This document shows, one piece after another, positions 20,573 to 33,275 of a stretch of DNA of 64,000 nucleotides (its first letter is position 1; each line of letters starts with the position of its first letter). Source of the stretch: Saccharolobus islandicus REY15A (GTDB lineage: Archaea > Thermoproteota > Thermoprotei_A > Sulfolobales > Sulfolobaceae); the NCBI RefSeq assembly GCF_000189555.1, contig NC_017276.1; one strand, 5' to 3'. Position numbers and translations under genes: made by a program. Below the pieces are notes generated by a model. That model made no database searches, was not told the origin of the DNA, and saw nothing but the letters and a program-made list of their open reading frames with translations.

Positions 20573-22161
20573 TCACTATCCACCCTATAGACCTTTCTAT
20601 ATTCTTCAATGTTAATCAAATCTAATTTCTTAGAAATAAGTTTAAATAAACCTTCTGAGATCTCGTTCTGGTACTTAGACACTAACTCTTTATTGCCAGA
20701 TGCTAAAAAGGTTGCTAAAGATCTGCTAACCTCTGGTATATATTTTAAATACGCAAGTAATTTCTTCTTAGCTTCTTGTTCCTTTCTCTTCTCACTCAAA
20801 TACTGTTTAAGTTTTCGTGCGACTTCCATCAATGCGTTCTTTATTTCCTTCTCTATATCCTCTACTTCAGCTATACTTTCCTTTCCAGCACTCTTATATG
20901 GTATCTTGGTACTACATAAATGAACCATTACCACCATTTGATATTGATCCGACTCAATACCATACCTTTTCCAATCCAGCTCTTCAACGACTTTCCATAT
21001 GACATCTGATTTCTCGTCGTAAATTAACGGAATCTTATTGGCATATCTTAAAACTATAGGCTCTTCACCAACGGGTATACTACCGCCAAATGCGACACCT
21101 GCTTCAACTATGAATGGATGTCCTTGGTAAGCTTTAGGTTTCCTAGTTATAGAGGCTGCGAAGTCTGGATTAAAAATCTTTTTTAAACCTAATTCAATTA
21201 AATCTTCCCCTATTACAGAAAGTGAATCCGCTGATGGAGATCTAAAATCCTCATACTTTTTAAAAGTCTCAACTAACCTAGTTATTTCCTCTTCTGTTAA
21301 GTTCTTAACTTTCTTATTGGGCTTTAATCCAGCTAATTCTAGGATCTTATCTGCAGTAGTATCCCCTATACTTTGAAATTCATTAACCAAAAATTCTTTT
21401 ATGGTATAGTCTCTCTTTAGATTATTTATTAGTATCTTTATTTCTTCCCTATCTACTCCATAGGGATGAGGCTTAACTTCTTGTGGCGGCTTAGGAATCT
21501 TATTTGTTAATCTCGGATAATATGTTACATTTCCTTCAGGATCTTTGAAGATAAATTCTGCGTAAGGGGTAATAATGTAAGTCCTCTTAATATACTCGTA
21601 AATTCTTGATTTAGCTTTAGGCCAATCTCCCGGTATAGAAATTGCAACGGACGTTCCATGAAAACCCCTAGTGTTTTCCACAGATCCCCTTTCTACAATT
21701 ATTGGCTCGTTCTTATTTATATCAATTTTTAACTTAAAAGTGTATATTCTTTTAGAATTTGCTGGGGAAGTCTCTATTTCTATGGGCTTATCTTGATGCA
21801 TTTGGCTATAGAGAACAGCTGCCTTTACACCTAGACCATACATACCCCTAGTTTGCCTATTTACATATTTCGAACTGTATAATACTCTACCAAAGGCATT
21901 GGGAACCTCCTGGGGAGGAATGCCTATTCCATTGTCAACCACATTAACTTTATATATTTGCCTAGCTTCGTCAATTAAGTCAATCGTAATCTTAATATTA
22001 GGCAATATCCCGTGCACATCGGTAGCGTCCAGCGAGTTCTCTATTAACTCTCTAACTGTTTGATAAAGAGCCCTCGCTGGATTAGGGAATCCGGCCAGCT
22101 CCGGATTCCTTTTAAAGAATTCTGCAGGAGATAAGCTTGTAAACTTTTCTTTAGCAGACAT
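20569..22161 (-). CDS. top6B: DNA topoisomerase VI subunit B
   Basis: GHKL ATPase ELIENSLDA, DNGIGI, QTRGMYGLG; H2TH domain; KIPYKSAGKE. Confidence 0.97.
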   Translation of the reverse strand: MSAKEKFTSLSPAEFFKRNPELAGFPNPARALYQTVRELIENSLDATDVHGILPNIKITIDLIDEARQIYKVNVVDNGIGIPPQEVPNAFGRVLYSSKYVNRQTRGMYGLGVKAAVLYSQMHQDKPIEIETSPANSKRIYTFKLKIDINKNEPIIVERGSVENTRGFHGTSVAISIPGDWPKAKSRIYEYIKRTYIITPYAEFIFKDPEGNVTYYPRLTNKIPKPPQEVKPHPYGVDREEIKILINNLKRDYTIKEFLVNEFQSIGDTTADKILELAGLKPNKKVKNLTEEEITRLVETFKKYEDFRSPSADSLSVIGEDLIELGLKKIFNPDFAASITRKPKAYQGHPFIVEAGVAFGGSIPVGEEPIVLRYANKIPLIYDEKSDVIWKVVEELDWKRYGIESDQYQMVVMVHLCSTKIPYKSAGKESIAEVEDIEKEIKNALMEVARKLKQYLSEKRKEQEAKKKLLAYLKYIPEVSRSLATFLASGNKELVSKYQNEISEGLFKLISKKLDLINIEEYRKVYRVDSE

Positions 22162-22189
22162 GAATGTTACACCCTATATATTACAATAT

Positions 22190-24573
<2,384 letters not shown>

Positions 24574-24647
24574 TTTTCAATCAAATAGAGATATTACTTA
24601 GCCTAAATAAAACTACACCTATTAATGGAGTATTTATTTCAATAACC

Positions 24648-24887
24648 TTAAATTTTCTTTTCAGCTTTTTTGCTCACCTGCTCTAATATCTCATCGTATT
24701 TCTTTCTCACTTTCTTTAATGAAGAATTAATGCAATCCGTATCAGCCTCCATAACCATCTCTTTAAGGAACTTGTACGCACAACTTTTGCTGTGAAAGTA
24801 TAGTTTATCACCACCAATTTCAATTATTATTCCTTGACCTTCTGGAAAAGATCTTCCACATACATTACAAGTATATTTATGAGACAT
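24648..24887 (-). CDS. TRASH/eL24-like small zinc-binding protein
   Basis: CNVCG...GQG...LYFHSKSC resembles the eL24 CxxC...FCSxxC site with His in place of the third Cys. Confidence 0.7.
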   Translation of the reverse strand: MSHKYTCNVCGRSFPEGQGIIIEIGGDKLYFHSKSCAYKFLKEMVMEADTDCINSSLKKVRKKYDEILEQVSKKAEKKI

Positions 24888-24961
24888 AGATTGAACGTTG
24901 ATTTTATATTTTTAAAAATAACGGTAAATGGTGCTATTCAGTAAATTTGGCGTGATAATTA

Positions 24962-27757
24962 ATGCTAGATCATCTTGACCAGCGATTAAGAAAGCTAATA
25001 GAGGAAAAGAATTGGATTAAGCTAACTAGAGTACAAGAGATGTCCTATGAACCAATTACTAATGGATACAACACTCTCATCATTGCACCTACTGGTTATG
25101 GAAAGACTGAAGCAGCAATGTTTCCGATATTGAATAGAATGTTAAAAGAAGATGTTAAACCTGTTACTGTAATTTATATTACACCATTGAAAGCACTAAT
25201 CAATGATCTTCTTTATAGAATAGACTGGTGGGCCTCTAGACTAGGCTTTTTAGTAAACAGGAAACATGGAGAAGTTCCTCAAAAGGAGAAGAACTTACGA
25301 TTAAAGAAAATACCTCACATAATTGTTACTACACCAGAAGGATTAGAAATAGATCTAGACTGGGCTAGTAGGTTTAGGGAGCATTACAAAAACGTTAAAT
25401 GGGTCATAGTCGACGAGATTCATGAGTTAATAAACTCCAAGCGAGGAACTCAGCTATCAATACTACTTGAAAGATTAAAACACTTCATTGGCTACGACTT
25501 TCAACGAATTGGCTTATCAGCTACAGTGAGTGATGAGAACAAAGTAGCGCAATTTCTCTTCGGATCTTCCGAAAGAAAGATGAAGATAATAAGATTAAAT
25601 GATACGAGGAATTTTGAAATAAAAATAAATAAGATTGATAATAATTTCACTTTGTGGAGAAATGCAGCAGAAAAAATAAACCAACTAATAGAAAAGCCTA
25701 CACTAGTCTTTACAAATTCTAGGTTTTCCACGGAAAGACTTCACGAAGAATTAGAAAAATTAGGAAATAAAGAAATCTACGTGCATCATTCGTCAGTTTC
25801 TAGAGACCTTAAGAACTTAGCTGAAGGAGAATTAAGAAATGGCAATGCGAAGGCAGTAGTATGCACTAAAACACTAGAACTGGGAATTCACGTAGGAGAT
25901 ATAAAGAAAGTAATAATGCTTAGACCACCGACTTCAGTATCCTCGTTTCTCCAGAGACTAGGCAGAAGTGGACATATAGTCCATGGAGTTCCTAAGGGAG
26001 AAATAATCTGCTTCTACGATTTCGACGTATTAGAGTCCTTAGCACTATATCTTTCAGCAAAAGATGGTAAAATGGAAAAACCTTTCATAGATGATGGATT
26101 AGATGTTGTTGCAAGAGAAATAGTTGGCATGGTATTACAAAATCAAAAAATGAGCATAGAAGAGGCTCTTAGTATTATTCGAGGAACTTATATTTATAGG
26201 AATCTGGAATCATCGAGATTGATGGATTTAATACAGTATCTAGTAAAAAATAATATAATAAAGATTGAGGAGAACTACTTGAAACTAGGACAAGGATTCT
26301 TTAAGATATGGAGATTTAATAGGGATGCTAGAAGTAGCTGGGGAAAAGACTTCTCAGAATTCTTTTCACTAATTAACAATGACGAAACATTTGCCTTAAA
26401 ACATAATGGTATAACCGTAGGCGAGATAGACGCAGTTTACGTATATAAACATGTGAGAGCAAATGATGTAATAAGAATAAGTGGAAAGTTCTGGAAAGTA
26501 TTGCGTATAAATACCCATAAGAATACGATAGATGTTACTCCAGCTAATGAGGGTGAAGGTGAGATACCGATATGGAAAGGAGAAAATACATCTAAATCTT
26601 CATTAATAGTAGATTACATTAGAAAAATTATAGAAAATTTCAACGAATATTATCTTACAATGAATGAGATAATGGATAAAAATTCAAAGGAAAGTATAAT
26701 TAAGATATTTGAAGAGTATAGAAAGTTAGGACTTAAAATACCCTCTGGAGATATAGTACTAGTGGAAAATAAGGAGGATGAATGGATTTACACTGTACTG
26801 ATTGACGAGAGAATTTCAAATACTTTATCTCATATATTACTTTATCTAGTAACTAAAAAATATACGTTAAACGCTTCTAGTAGAAGTTCAATATATGGTT
26901 TCTCAATAAAGGGGACTCCAGTAGATTTATTCAAAGACATCATAAATATGGATGAGAGGAAAATCGTAAAAATCGTATTGAGATCTATATTGAGATCTCC
27001 TCTTTATATAGCTACACTTAAGGAGATCCAACCAAGCTTTGGTAAAATATCAAAAATCAACACAAAAGAAGATAAATTCTTAATAAAAGAAGCGCTAAGA
27101 CAGACAATAAAAAGATACTTTAGCATAAAGAGAACTCTAGAATTTATCAAAAAAGTTAGGGAAGGCAAAATAAAAATGATATATACTGAAAACGCAGGAT
27201 TGTTGAGAGAAGCGATATTCGCTCATGCGCAGATTAGACCTTGGCTTTCTGATCTAAATCTAACCATATATCAAGCACTAAAAGGTGGTGCGTATACGGT
27301 TAATGAGCTGTCGGAGATCTTAGGGATCTCAGCTAAAAGTCTTGAAAATAAGTTGAAACAACTTAGAAGAAATAACAATAAATATAAAGTAACATCATTC
27401 GTAGATGTAGATAGTAGGGAAACTAGATGGTGCTTGTACGAAGATTTCATTGATATAGTTAAATCTGAAGAATATTATTCCTCATTCTCACCTTTAAATA
27501 ATAATGAGATATTTGCAGTTAACCTTAAGTCAGGGGATAATCAAGTTGAAATATTGTTTAAACCATTTGATTTAATTAATAACCCAGAAGAGATATTGAG
27601 AAAGATTCCATTCAATAATATTGAGGAGGTTAAGATTAGGGAAGCTATAGATACTTCCTATCAATTTCTACAAAAATATTACCATGTAGGTAAAGACACT
27701 ATAGTATACTTATTGCTAAATGCTGTCGCCTACTTGCAAAGCTTAAAATACTCTTAA
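24962..27757 (+). CDS. Lhr-family SF2 DEAH helicase with extended C-terminus
   Basis: APTGYGKTEAA, TTPEGL, DEIH, SAT, TLELGIHVG, QRLGRSGH; C-terminal wHTH-like segment. Confidence 0.88.
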   Translation: MLDHLDQRLRKLIEEKNWIKLTRVQEMSYEPITNGYNTLIIAPTGYGKTEAAMFPILNRMLKEDVKPVTVIYITPLKALINDLLYRIDWWASRLGFLVNRKHGEVPQKEKNLRLKKIPHIIVTTPEGLEIDLDWASRFREHYKNVKWVIVDEIHELINSKRGTQLSILLERLKHFIGYDFQRIGLSATVSDENKVAQFLFGSSERKMKIIRLNDTRNFEIKINKIDNNFTLWRNAAEKINQLIEKPTLVFTNSRFSTERLHEELEKLGNKEIYVHHSSVSRDLKNLAEGELRNGNAKAVVCTKTLELGIHVGDIKKVIMLRPPTSVSSFLQRLGRSGHIVHGVPKGEIICFYDFDVLESLALYLSAKDGKMEKPFIDDGLDVVAREIVGMVLQNQKMSIEEALSIIRGTYIYRNLESSRLMDLIQYLVKNNIIKIEENYLKLGQGFFKIWRFNRDARSSWGKDFSEFFSLINNDETFALKHNGITVGEIDAVYVYKHVRANDVIRISGKFWKVLRINTHKNTIDVTPANEGEGEIPIWKGENTSKSSLIVDYIRKIIENFNEYYLTMNEIMDKNSKESIIKIFEEYRKLGLKIPSGDIVLVENKEDEWIYTVLIDERISNTLSHILLYLVTKKYTLNASSRSSIYGFSIKGTPVDLFKDIINMDERKIVKIVLRSILRSPLYIATLKEIQPSFGKISKINTKEDKFLIKEALRQTIKRYFSIKRTLEFIKKVREGKIKMIYTENAGLLREAIFAHAQIRPWLSDLNLTIYQALKGGAYTVNELSEILGISAKSLENKLKQLRRNNNKYKVTSFVDVDSRETRWCLYEDFIDIVKSEEYYSSFSPLNNNEIFAVNLKSGDNQVEILFKPFDLINNPEEILRKIPFNNIEEVKIREAIDTSYQFLQKYYHVGKDTIVYLLLNAVAYLQSLKYS

Positions 27758-27771
27758 AAATAACTATCTTA

Positions 27772-27826
27772 TTAGTGATGATGCCCTTCAATTTGATTGA
27801 TGATAAGGGCCCGTGTTACTGAACAT
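27772..27826 (+). ncRNA. Candidate box C/D sRNA
   Basis: C GTGATGA 27775-27781, guide TGCCCTTCAAT, D' TTGA 27793-27796, C' TTGATGA 27797-27803, guide TAAGGGCCCGTGTTA, D CTGA 27819-27822; intergenic. Confidence 0.82.
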
Positions 27827-27868
27827 TAGATTTATTTTTGCATATCCACTTATGACTCGTGAGAGAAG

Positions 27869-28138
27869 ATGACAGAAAAATTAAATGAGATAGTAGTTAG
27901 AAAAACAAAAAATGTAGAAGATCATGTTTTAGATGTAATTGTCCTATTTAATCAAGGAATAGACGAAGTAATATTAAAAGGAATAGGAAGAGAAATTTCT
28001 AAAGCAGTAGACGTTTACAATTCATTAAAGGACAGATTAGGAGATGGCATACAATTGGTAAATGTACAGACTGGAAGTGAGGTTAGAGATAGAAGGCGTA
28101 TATCATACATTTTGCTCAGACTTAAGAGGGTTTACTAA
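27869..28138 (+). CDS. albA2: Chromatin protein Alba2 (Sso10b2)
   Basis: 89 aa, Alba fold with [10 protein letters not shown]. Confidence 0.93.
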   Translation: MTEKLNEIVVRKTKNVEDHVLDVIVLFNQGIDEVILKGIGREISKAVDVYNSLKDRLGDGIQLVNVQTGSEVRDRRRISYILLRLKRVY

Positions 28139-31100
28139 GGTAGATATCTCACTAAATATTTCTAATAACACTGTAGATGCGCTTAACTTGCTTAGTGCAA
28201 TATCATCCAGTTTGCTCATTAATTTCGCTGTTGTACCTTCAGATACCAGATCGTAGAATTTGGAACTTAGAAACTGGTACGCTGAGATACCACGATTTGT
28301 TGCTATTAGATATGACTTCCTTTTACTACTAACTATATACCCATGCCTCACTAGGTTCTCTATAGTTTTTGCATATGTACTAGGCCTCCCAATCCCCTTT
28401 GATTTCATTAATGATATTACGTCCGAGTAACTTAGCAATTGTTCACTTGATCCTTTACCAGTGTTAACTTTAGGTTTAACCTCACCCAAAGGTAAATTGT
28501 ACACCTTAACCGGATATACCTTAATAAACCCACCTTCAGCATTACTTAATAATTCTGTATTGATATTGTCATCCTTGTTTAGCTTTATCAAATATCTACT
28601 CTTAGTACCTACTGCATGAGGCATCTGGCTCGCCATAAATCGCCTAAAGATTAAGTCGTAAATTAAGAAGTGCAATTTGCTAAACCTTATTGAATACTTA
28701 TAAGGATTTTCCTCTATTTCTTGAATTAGCTCATTAACATCCATAGCTCTAGTTGGTCTTATTGCCTCATGAGCACCTTCTTCTGATGATTCCCACGACC
28801 TGGGAACAAAATCTTTAATAAGCCCCTGCTTTTGAAGATACTCCTTAGCTATTTCTATTCCTACAGAGGAAATATGAGTACTATCAGTTCTATGATATGT
28901 TATTAGACCAGCCTCAAATAAATCTTGAGCAATCTTCATTACAAGATTAGCTGGTAGTTTATATTTCATATTAGCCTCAATAAGTAAAGTGTCTGTAGTA
29001 AAAGGAGGCAAGGGGGATAGCAATATTTTTTCTTCAGAGATTTTTTCAATCTTAACGACTTGTAAATTATTTATATATTCCTCCATTTTCTTTCTTTCAC
29101 TGAAATACATTTTAATGGAGTACCCTGCGATGTCGATATAAACCACATAACCCATTGAACTCTTGTACTTCATCGTTTTATCCACTATCCAACCTAAAAC
29201 CGGGGTTTGTACTCTACCTGCACCATGATTATGCCCATTAAACTTCGTTTTTAGTAGGTTACTTAGTGTGAAACCTATCCACCTATCTTCTATCCTTCTA
29301 ACTATCTGACTCATCACTAGATTAGTATTGATCTTCATGGGATTCCTTAATGCCTCCAATATTGCCTTCTTAGTAATTTCATGGTATGTTATTCTGTAAA
29401 CATTGGAGTTATATGGAGACAAGAATGAAGCTAGATCATATGCTATTTTCTCACCTTCAGTGTCGGGATCAGACGCTATGAACACTTTATCCACTGACAA
29501 CGCCAGTTCTCTGAGTAAATTAATCGTAGTCTGAGCTGTTTGAACGTTTGTAGAACCACAGTAAGGGCATTTATCTGAAGTAATAGAAAATGTCTTATTA
29601 CAATCTAGGCATTTCTTTATTAAGTCATAATATGGTTTTATAATCCCACTATCCTCTACTTTTATTCCATAATATCCTATATCCTCTAAGGTCAGATCTA
29701 CAATATGACCTTTTGAGGCTACTACATCTAGCACATATATTTGATTGCCATCTACTATGATAGTTTCGTATACTGGTACTTTATTTATCACCCTAACCGA
29801 AGGTCTGCTAAACATCTTAGCTATAGTCTTTGCTTTTGTTGGAGATTCTACTATGAGTAAACCAGTTGATATATTAAAATGTACTCTATTTCCCTCTTCT
29901 TTTCTAGATTCTTCTAGTTTAGTTTTTATTTCAGATAAATTTATATTAGATAATGAAGTAAAGTTAGTGTTAGGAAACAATTTCTGCATTTTCTTTTTCA
30001 ATATTTCAAAGATATGTTTATCATCTACCAGAATTATTGAAAACCCAAGAGTTAATCCTCCATTGTAAAGTCTACTTGCCCTTCCAGAGCCTTGCAAATA
30101 CGTTATCATATCTGGGTAAATTATGTAATAATTCGTATTTTGCTTAGTAATTACGAAATTATCTGAAATTAAAGTCTCCTCTCCTATCTCCTTTAACTTA
30201 TCTTTAACTAAGGAAATATAATACAGTAATTCCTGTCTTAATTGATCTAGTTTTTGATAGTTTATAGTCTCCCCTTTTATTATAGAGAACTTTAACAACT
30301 GAGTCTCAGAAGGACTCAGTACCAAAATCTTATTCTGTAACTCCGAGAAATTGACTCCAATCATTTTGCCTACTCTTAGTAAAGTAAATGGATTAGATAA
30401 GGCATCAAATAGCTTAGCCTTTATTTTTGGGACTCCATAATATATTACATATTTTAATCTTTTAGGCTCATCAATTCCTCTAACAGCAACACCGTAATAA
30501 GATGCAGAACCCACTAGAATATCTACTTTACCTTGAGAAAAATCATCAAGGAATTTTCTTCCACTTATTGCTAGCTTAGCGTTGAAACCTAAATCTTCGA
30601 CATATTTCTTTATTTCATTTAATCTAGATCTTCCATATTCTTTCGAGACTAGAATCAACCCACCACTTCCCAGCTCCTTAACTATTGAAAGATCTAGATT
30701 GTCCGTGTAAGTATCAATGATATTCCTAGCGTACAACTGAATAGAAGAGGGTTCAAAACCAGTTAGTAACCTTAAGGCTTTTTGCTTAATACCTTTAGGT
30801 CGTATTGTCGCGCTGGCTATAACTAGCTGGGAAATTTTATCCTTAAATTCAGCTATCTTAAGTTCCAATTCCCTAATTTTCTCTTTAATTTCTTCCGTAA
30901 ATTCATTAGAGAAATAATATTTATTCCTTAATCTAATCAGTTGAATTGCACTTTCATAGACATCATTTGGAATCCCCAATAGACTAACCAATCTATCAGT
31001 AGTTTTACCACTTTTGATTACCGCATCTGCGTCGTCTATTGCCACAAAGTTTGGCTTATAACTTGTTATTGAGTTCGCGTTCTTATTAAGGTAACTTATT

Positions 31101-31603
31101 GTTATTACGCTTACTTTCCTTTGATCAACCTTTCCACAAGATACTTGAGCACCCAATTTCTCTAGCCTTTTACAAACTTGTTCCATTAAGGACTTTGTAG
31201 GAACAATATATACTACGTCTTGGCCGATAAAGACGGAATAGGTCATCAATGTGGTTGTCTTTCCTAATCCAGTAGGAGCTGACATAGTGAAGCTCTGATT
31301 ACTTACAAGCCTTCTTAACCATAATTTCTGGAGGGACCAAGGTTCATATCCAGTTTTATCTTTAAAATATTTAAACACTGTTTCAAATGTAGTAATATTA
31401 TAATATAAATTCCAGTAATTTTTAATCTTATCGTTATCAAGTAGAATATTGTATAGTGCTTTTACCTTTGAAATAATATCTACACCATCAATTCCATTAA
31501 TATACGGTAAACAAGTCTCGCATGGTAGACCATTCAGTAACCTATCAGCAGAAATATCTCCACCACAGTTAGGGCAGGAATTTTTATACATTACATTAAT
31601 CAT
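28103..31603 (-). CDS. rgy: Reverse gyrase (TopR2 type)
   Basis: N-terminal CPNC..C..C finger, [27 protein letters not shown], second Zn finger, GLITYHRTD catalytic Tyr; 1166 aa. Confidence 0.97.
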   Translation of the reverse strand: MINVMYKNSCPNCGGDISADRLLNGLPCETCLPYINGIDGVDIISKVKALYNILLDNDKIKNYWNLYYNITTFETVFKYFKDKTGYEPWSLQKLWLRRLVSNQSFTMSAPTGLGKTTTLMTYSVFIGQDVVYIVPTKSLMEQVCKRLEKLGAQVSCGKVDQRKVSVITISYLNKNANSITSYKPNFVAIDDADAVIKSGKTTDRLVSLLGIPNDVYESAIQLIRLRNKYYFSNEFTEEIKEKIRELELKIAEFKDKISQLVIASATIRPKGIKQKALRLLTGFEPSSIQLYARNIIDTYTDNLDLSIVKELGSGGLILVSKEYGRSRLNEIKKYVEDLGFNAKLAISGRKFLDDFSQGKVDILVGSASYYGVAVRGIDEPKRLKYVIYYGVPKIKAKLFDALSNPFTLLRVGKMIGVNFSELQNKILVLSPSETQLLKFSIIKGETINYQKLDQLRQELLYYISLVKDKLKEIGEETLISDNFVITKQNTNYYIIYPDMITYLQGSGRASRLYNGGLTLGFSIILVDDKHIFEILKKKMQKLFPNTNFTSLSNINLSEIKTKLEESRKEEGNRVHFNISTGLLIVESPTKAKTIAKMFSRPSVRVINKVPVYETIIVDGNQIYVLDVVASKGHIVDLTLEDIGYYGIKVEDSGIIKPYYDLIKKCLDCNKTFSITSDKCPYCGSTNVQTAQTTINLLRELALSVDKVFIASDPDTEGEKIAYDLASFLSPYNSNVYRITYHEITKKAILEALRNPMKINTNLVMSQIVRRIEDRWIGFTLSNLLKTKFNGHNHGAGRVQTPVLGWIVDKTMKYKSSMGYVVYIDIAGYSIKMYFSERKKMEEYINNLQVVKIEKISEEKILLSPLPPFTTDTLLIEANMKYKLPANLVMKIAQDLFEAGLITYHRTDSTHISSVGIEIAKEYLQKQGLIKDFVPRSWESSEEGAHEAIRPTRAMDVNELIQEIEENPYKYSIRFSKLHFLIYDLIFRRFMASQMPHAVGTKSRYLIKLNKDDNINTELLSNAEGGFIKVYPVKVYNLPLGEVKPKVNTGKGSSEQLLSYSDVISLMKSKGIGRPSTYAKTIENLVRHGYIVSSKRKSYLIATNRGISAYQFLSSKFYDLVSEGTTAKLMSKLDDIALSKLSASTVLLEIFSEISTLVNPLKSEQNV

Positions 31604-31722
31604 AGCTAGAAAAAACTTTATGATGGTAAGATCTTTTAAAAGAGTTATCGAAGTGTTACTCTATTCGGTTAACTTTTTTAGCTTTATATGAATGACTATT
31701 TGAGACCAAATAGGTGGAAAAG

Positions 31723-32016
31723 ATGAGCAGCGGAACCCCAACTCCAAGTAATGTAGTCTTAATAGGAAAGAAACCAGTAATGAACTATGTCTTAGCTGCA
31801 TTAACTCTACTAAATCAAGGAGTTAGCGAAATTGTAATCAAAGCTAGAGGAAGAGCTATTAGTAAGGCCGTAGATACTGTGGAAATAGTAAGGAACAGAT
31901 TCTTACCAGACAAGATAGAGATTAAGGAAATTAGAGTAGGAAGTCAAGTAGTAACAAGCCAAGACGGAAGACAATCAAGAGTTTCAACAATAGAAATTGC
32001 TATAAGGAAAAAGTAA
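31723..32016 (+). CDS. albA1: Chromatin protein Alba1 (Sso10b)
   Basis: [22 protein letters not shown]; AGGTGG SD at 31712-31717 favours ATG 31723 over GTG 31714. Confidence 0.97.
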
Positions 32017-32018
32017 GT

Positions 32019-32044
32019 GTCTGAGTTTTTTAGACTTTTCTTTT
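32019..32044 (+). terminator. Possible T-rich terminator of albA1
   Basis: GTCT...AGAC short stem followed by TTTTCTTTT just after the stop. Confidence 0.4.
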
Positions 32045-32097
32045 ATTATGCGCTACTTTTAATAGGGAGCTTAACAGAAAATATTCTTGCGATATAA

Positions 32098-32418
32098 ATG
32101 AACCAGCCTACAATTAAAGTTGAATTTGAGGGAAAGGCAAAAATAGGAGAAATGATGGGCAATTTTAAAGCTATACAATTGAAGCCAGAAGATTTCTCCA
32201 GCCCATTGGCATTACAAATGGCGCTCTCTAGAATATACTCTGAGTTGATGAACATGATGAATCAAAGGCAAGAACTCCACTATGTTGCTGATGTAAAATT
32301 TACAGACTCTATGGGAAACCCAGTAAGCGTGGGAGTAGATTTTGGAGACAAAATACCACCATTAAGCAAGAAAGAGGTAAAAGTAAAGATAACTATTGAA
32401 TTCTACGACGAAGAGTAA
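32098..32418 (+). CDS. Hypothetical protein
   Basis: 106-aa ORF with ATG and normal composition; no motif recognised. Confidence 0.7.
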   Translation: MNQPTIKVEFEGKAKIGEMMGNFKAIQLKPEDFSSPLALQMALSRIYSELMNMMNQRQELHYVADVKFTDSMGNPVSVGVDFGDKIPPLSKKEVKVKITIEFYDEE

Positions 32419-32677
32419 CTCTTCTTTCCAAATAAGGTTTTGCCAAGAAGGAAAGAACAAAGTCGTCAAAGGGATTAAGCCTATATTCAACATTACTTAG
32501 TTTAGTTATTAGGCCTATTTTAGTCATATAGCTTATACTATTGTATGTTACTTTTTTAGAAAAATAAGGTCCTAAAACAGAAAAAGCGTCAGCTATATTA
32601 AATTTCTCATATCTAAATTTCTTGAAAAGAAGAAAATATATTATTACCTCCCTCTTTTTAAGCCATCTCATATTCAT
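32393..32677 (-). CDS. Hypothetical basic protein, possibly winged-helix
   Basis: 94 aa; helix-helix-helix-GLI-wing pattern (ISYMTKIGLITKLSNVEYRL). Confidence 0.6.
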   Translation of the reverse strand: MNMRWLKKREVIIYFLLFKKFRYEKFNIADAFSVLGPYFSKKVTYNSISYMTKIGLITKLSNVEYRLNPFDDFVLSFLAKPYLERRVTLRRRIQ

Positions 32678-32727
32678 CAGCCTGGTTACTCATCAACCAT
32701 TCAGTCCTTACAAGTCCATACATCCTT
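32674..32727 (-). ncRNA. Candidate box C/D sRNA with tRNA-like guides
   Basis: Degenerate C AGGATGT 32726-32720, guide ATGGACTTGTAAGGA, D' CTGA, C' TTGATGA, guide GTAACCAGG, D CTGA (or overlapping ATGA). Confidence 0.6.
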
Positions 32728-32759
32728 AATATTTTTTATTTGTAGTATATCTCTTAATA

Positions 32760-33275
32760 TTGCTTAATATGCCTTACGTAGACGTTGACAGCAAAATATG
32801 TAGACCTAATGAGGTAAAGGAAATAAAAGAGGGAGATATAATATTAGTATATCCTGCTACTCTAAACGTAAATGGAAAAATAGTAACTTTCCCCCCGCTT
32901 TCATTAATTAGCGAGGAGTGCACAAACGAGATTAAAAATTTGAGCTGGGTAGAAGGTATAATAGTAAACCAAGAAATATTTCATAACGTGACTTTTCTCA
33001 AATGTGAAAACTATATTGAAGGAGAGATAGAAATTTTAGAACCTACCCTTCTTACAGCTTTCACTTTTAAACACATGATTGGAGGTAAAATAAAAGGCTA
33101 CACAAGCCAGCTTATTAAAGGTATACCTCTATTAAAAGTAAATAACCAACCAATAATAAGCATAGATAAGGGAAAAGTTAGCGTTGGACTCTGTTTTTTA
33201 GATAAGAGAGATATTCTAGTAAGATTATTGGGATATTCTATATTTTACTACATAAATCCATCCTTATCGATCTAA
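32760..33275 (+). CDS. Hypothetical protein
   Basis: 171-aa ORF; start TTG 32760 or ATG 32769; no motif recognised. Confidence 0.65.
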   Translation: MLNMPYVDVDSKICRPNEVKEIKEGDIILVYPATLNVNGKIVTFPPLSLISEECTNEIKNLSWVEGIIVNQEIFHNVTFLKCENYIEGEIEILEPTLLTAFTFKHMIGGKIKGYTSQLIKGIPLLKVNNQPIISIDKGKVSVGLCFLDKRDILVRLLGYSIFYYINPSLSI

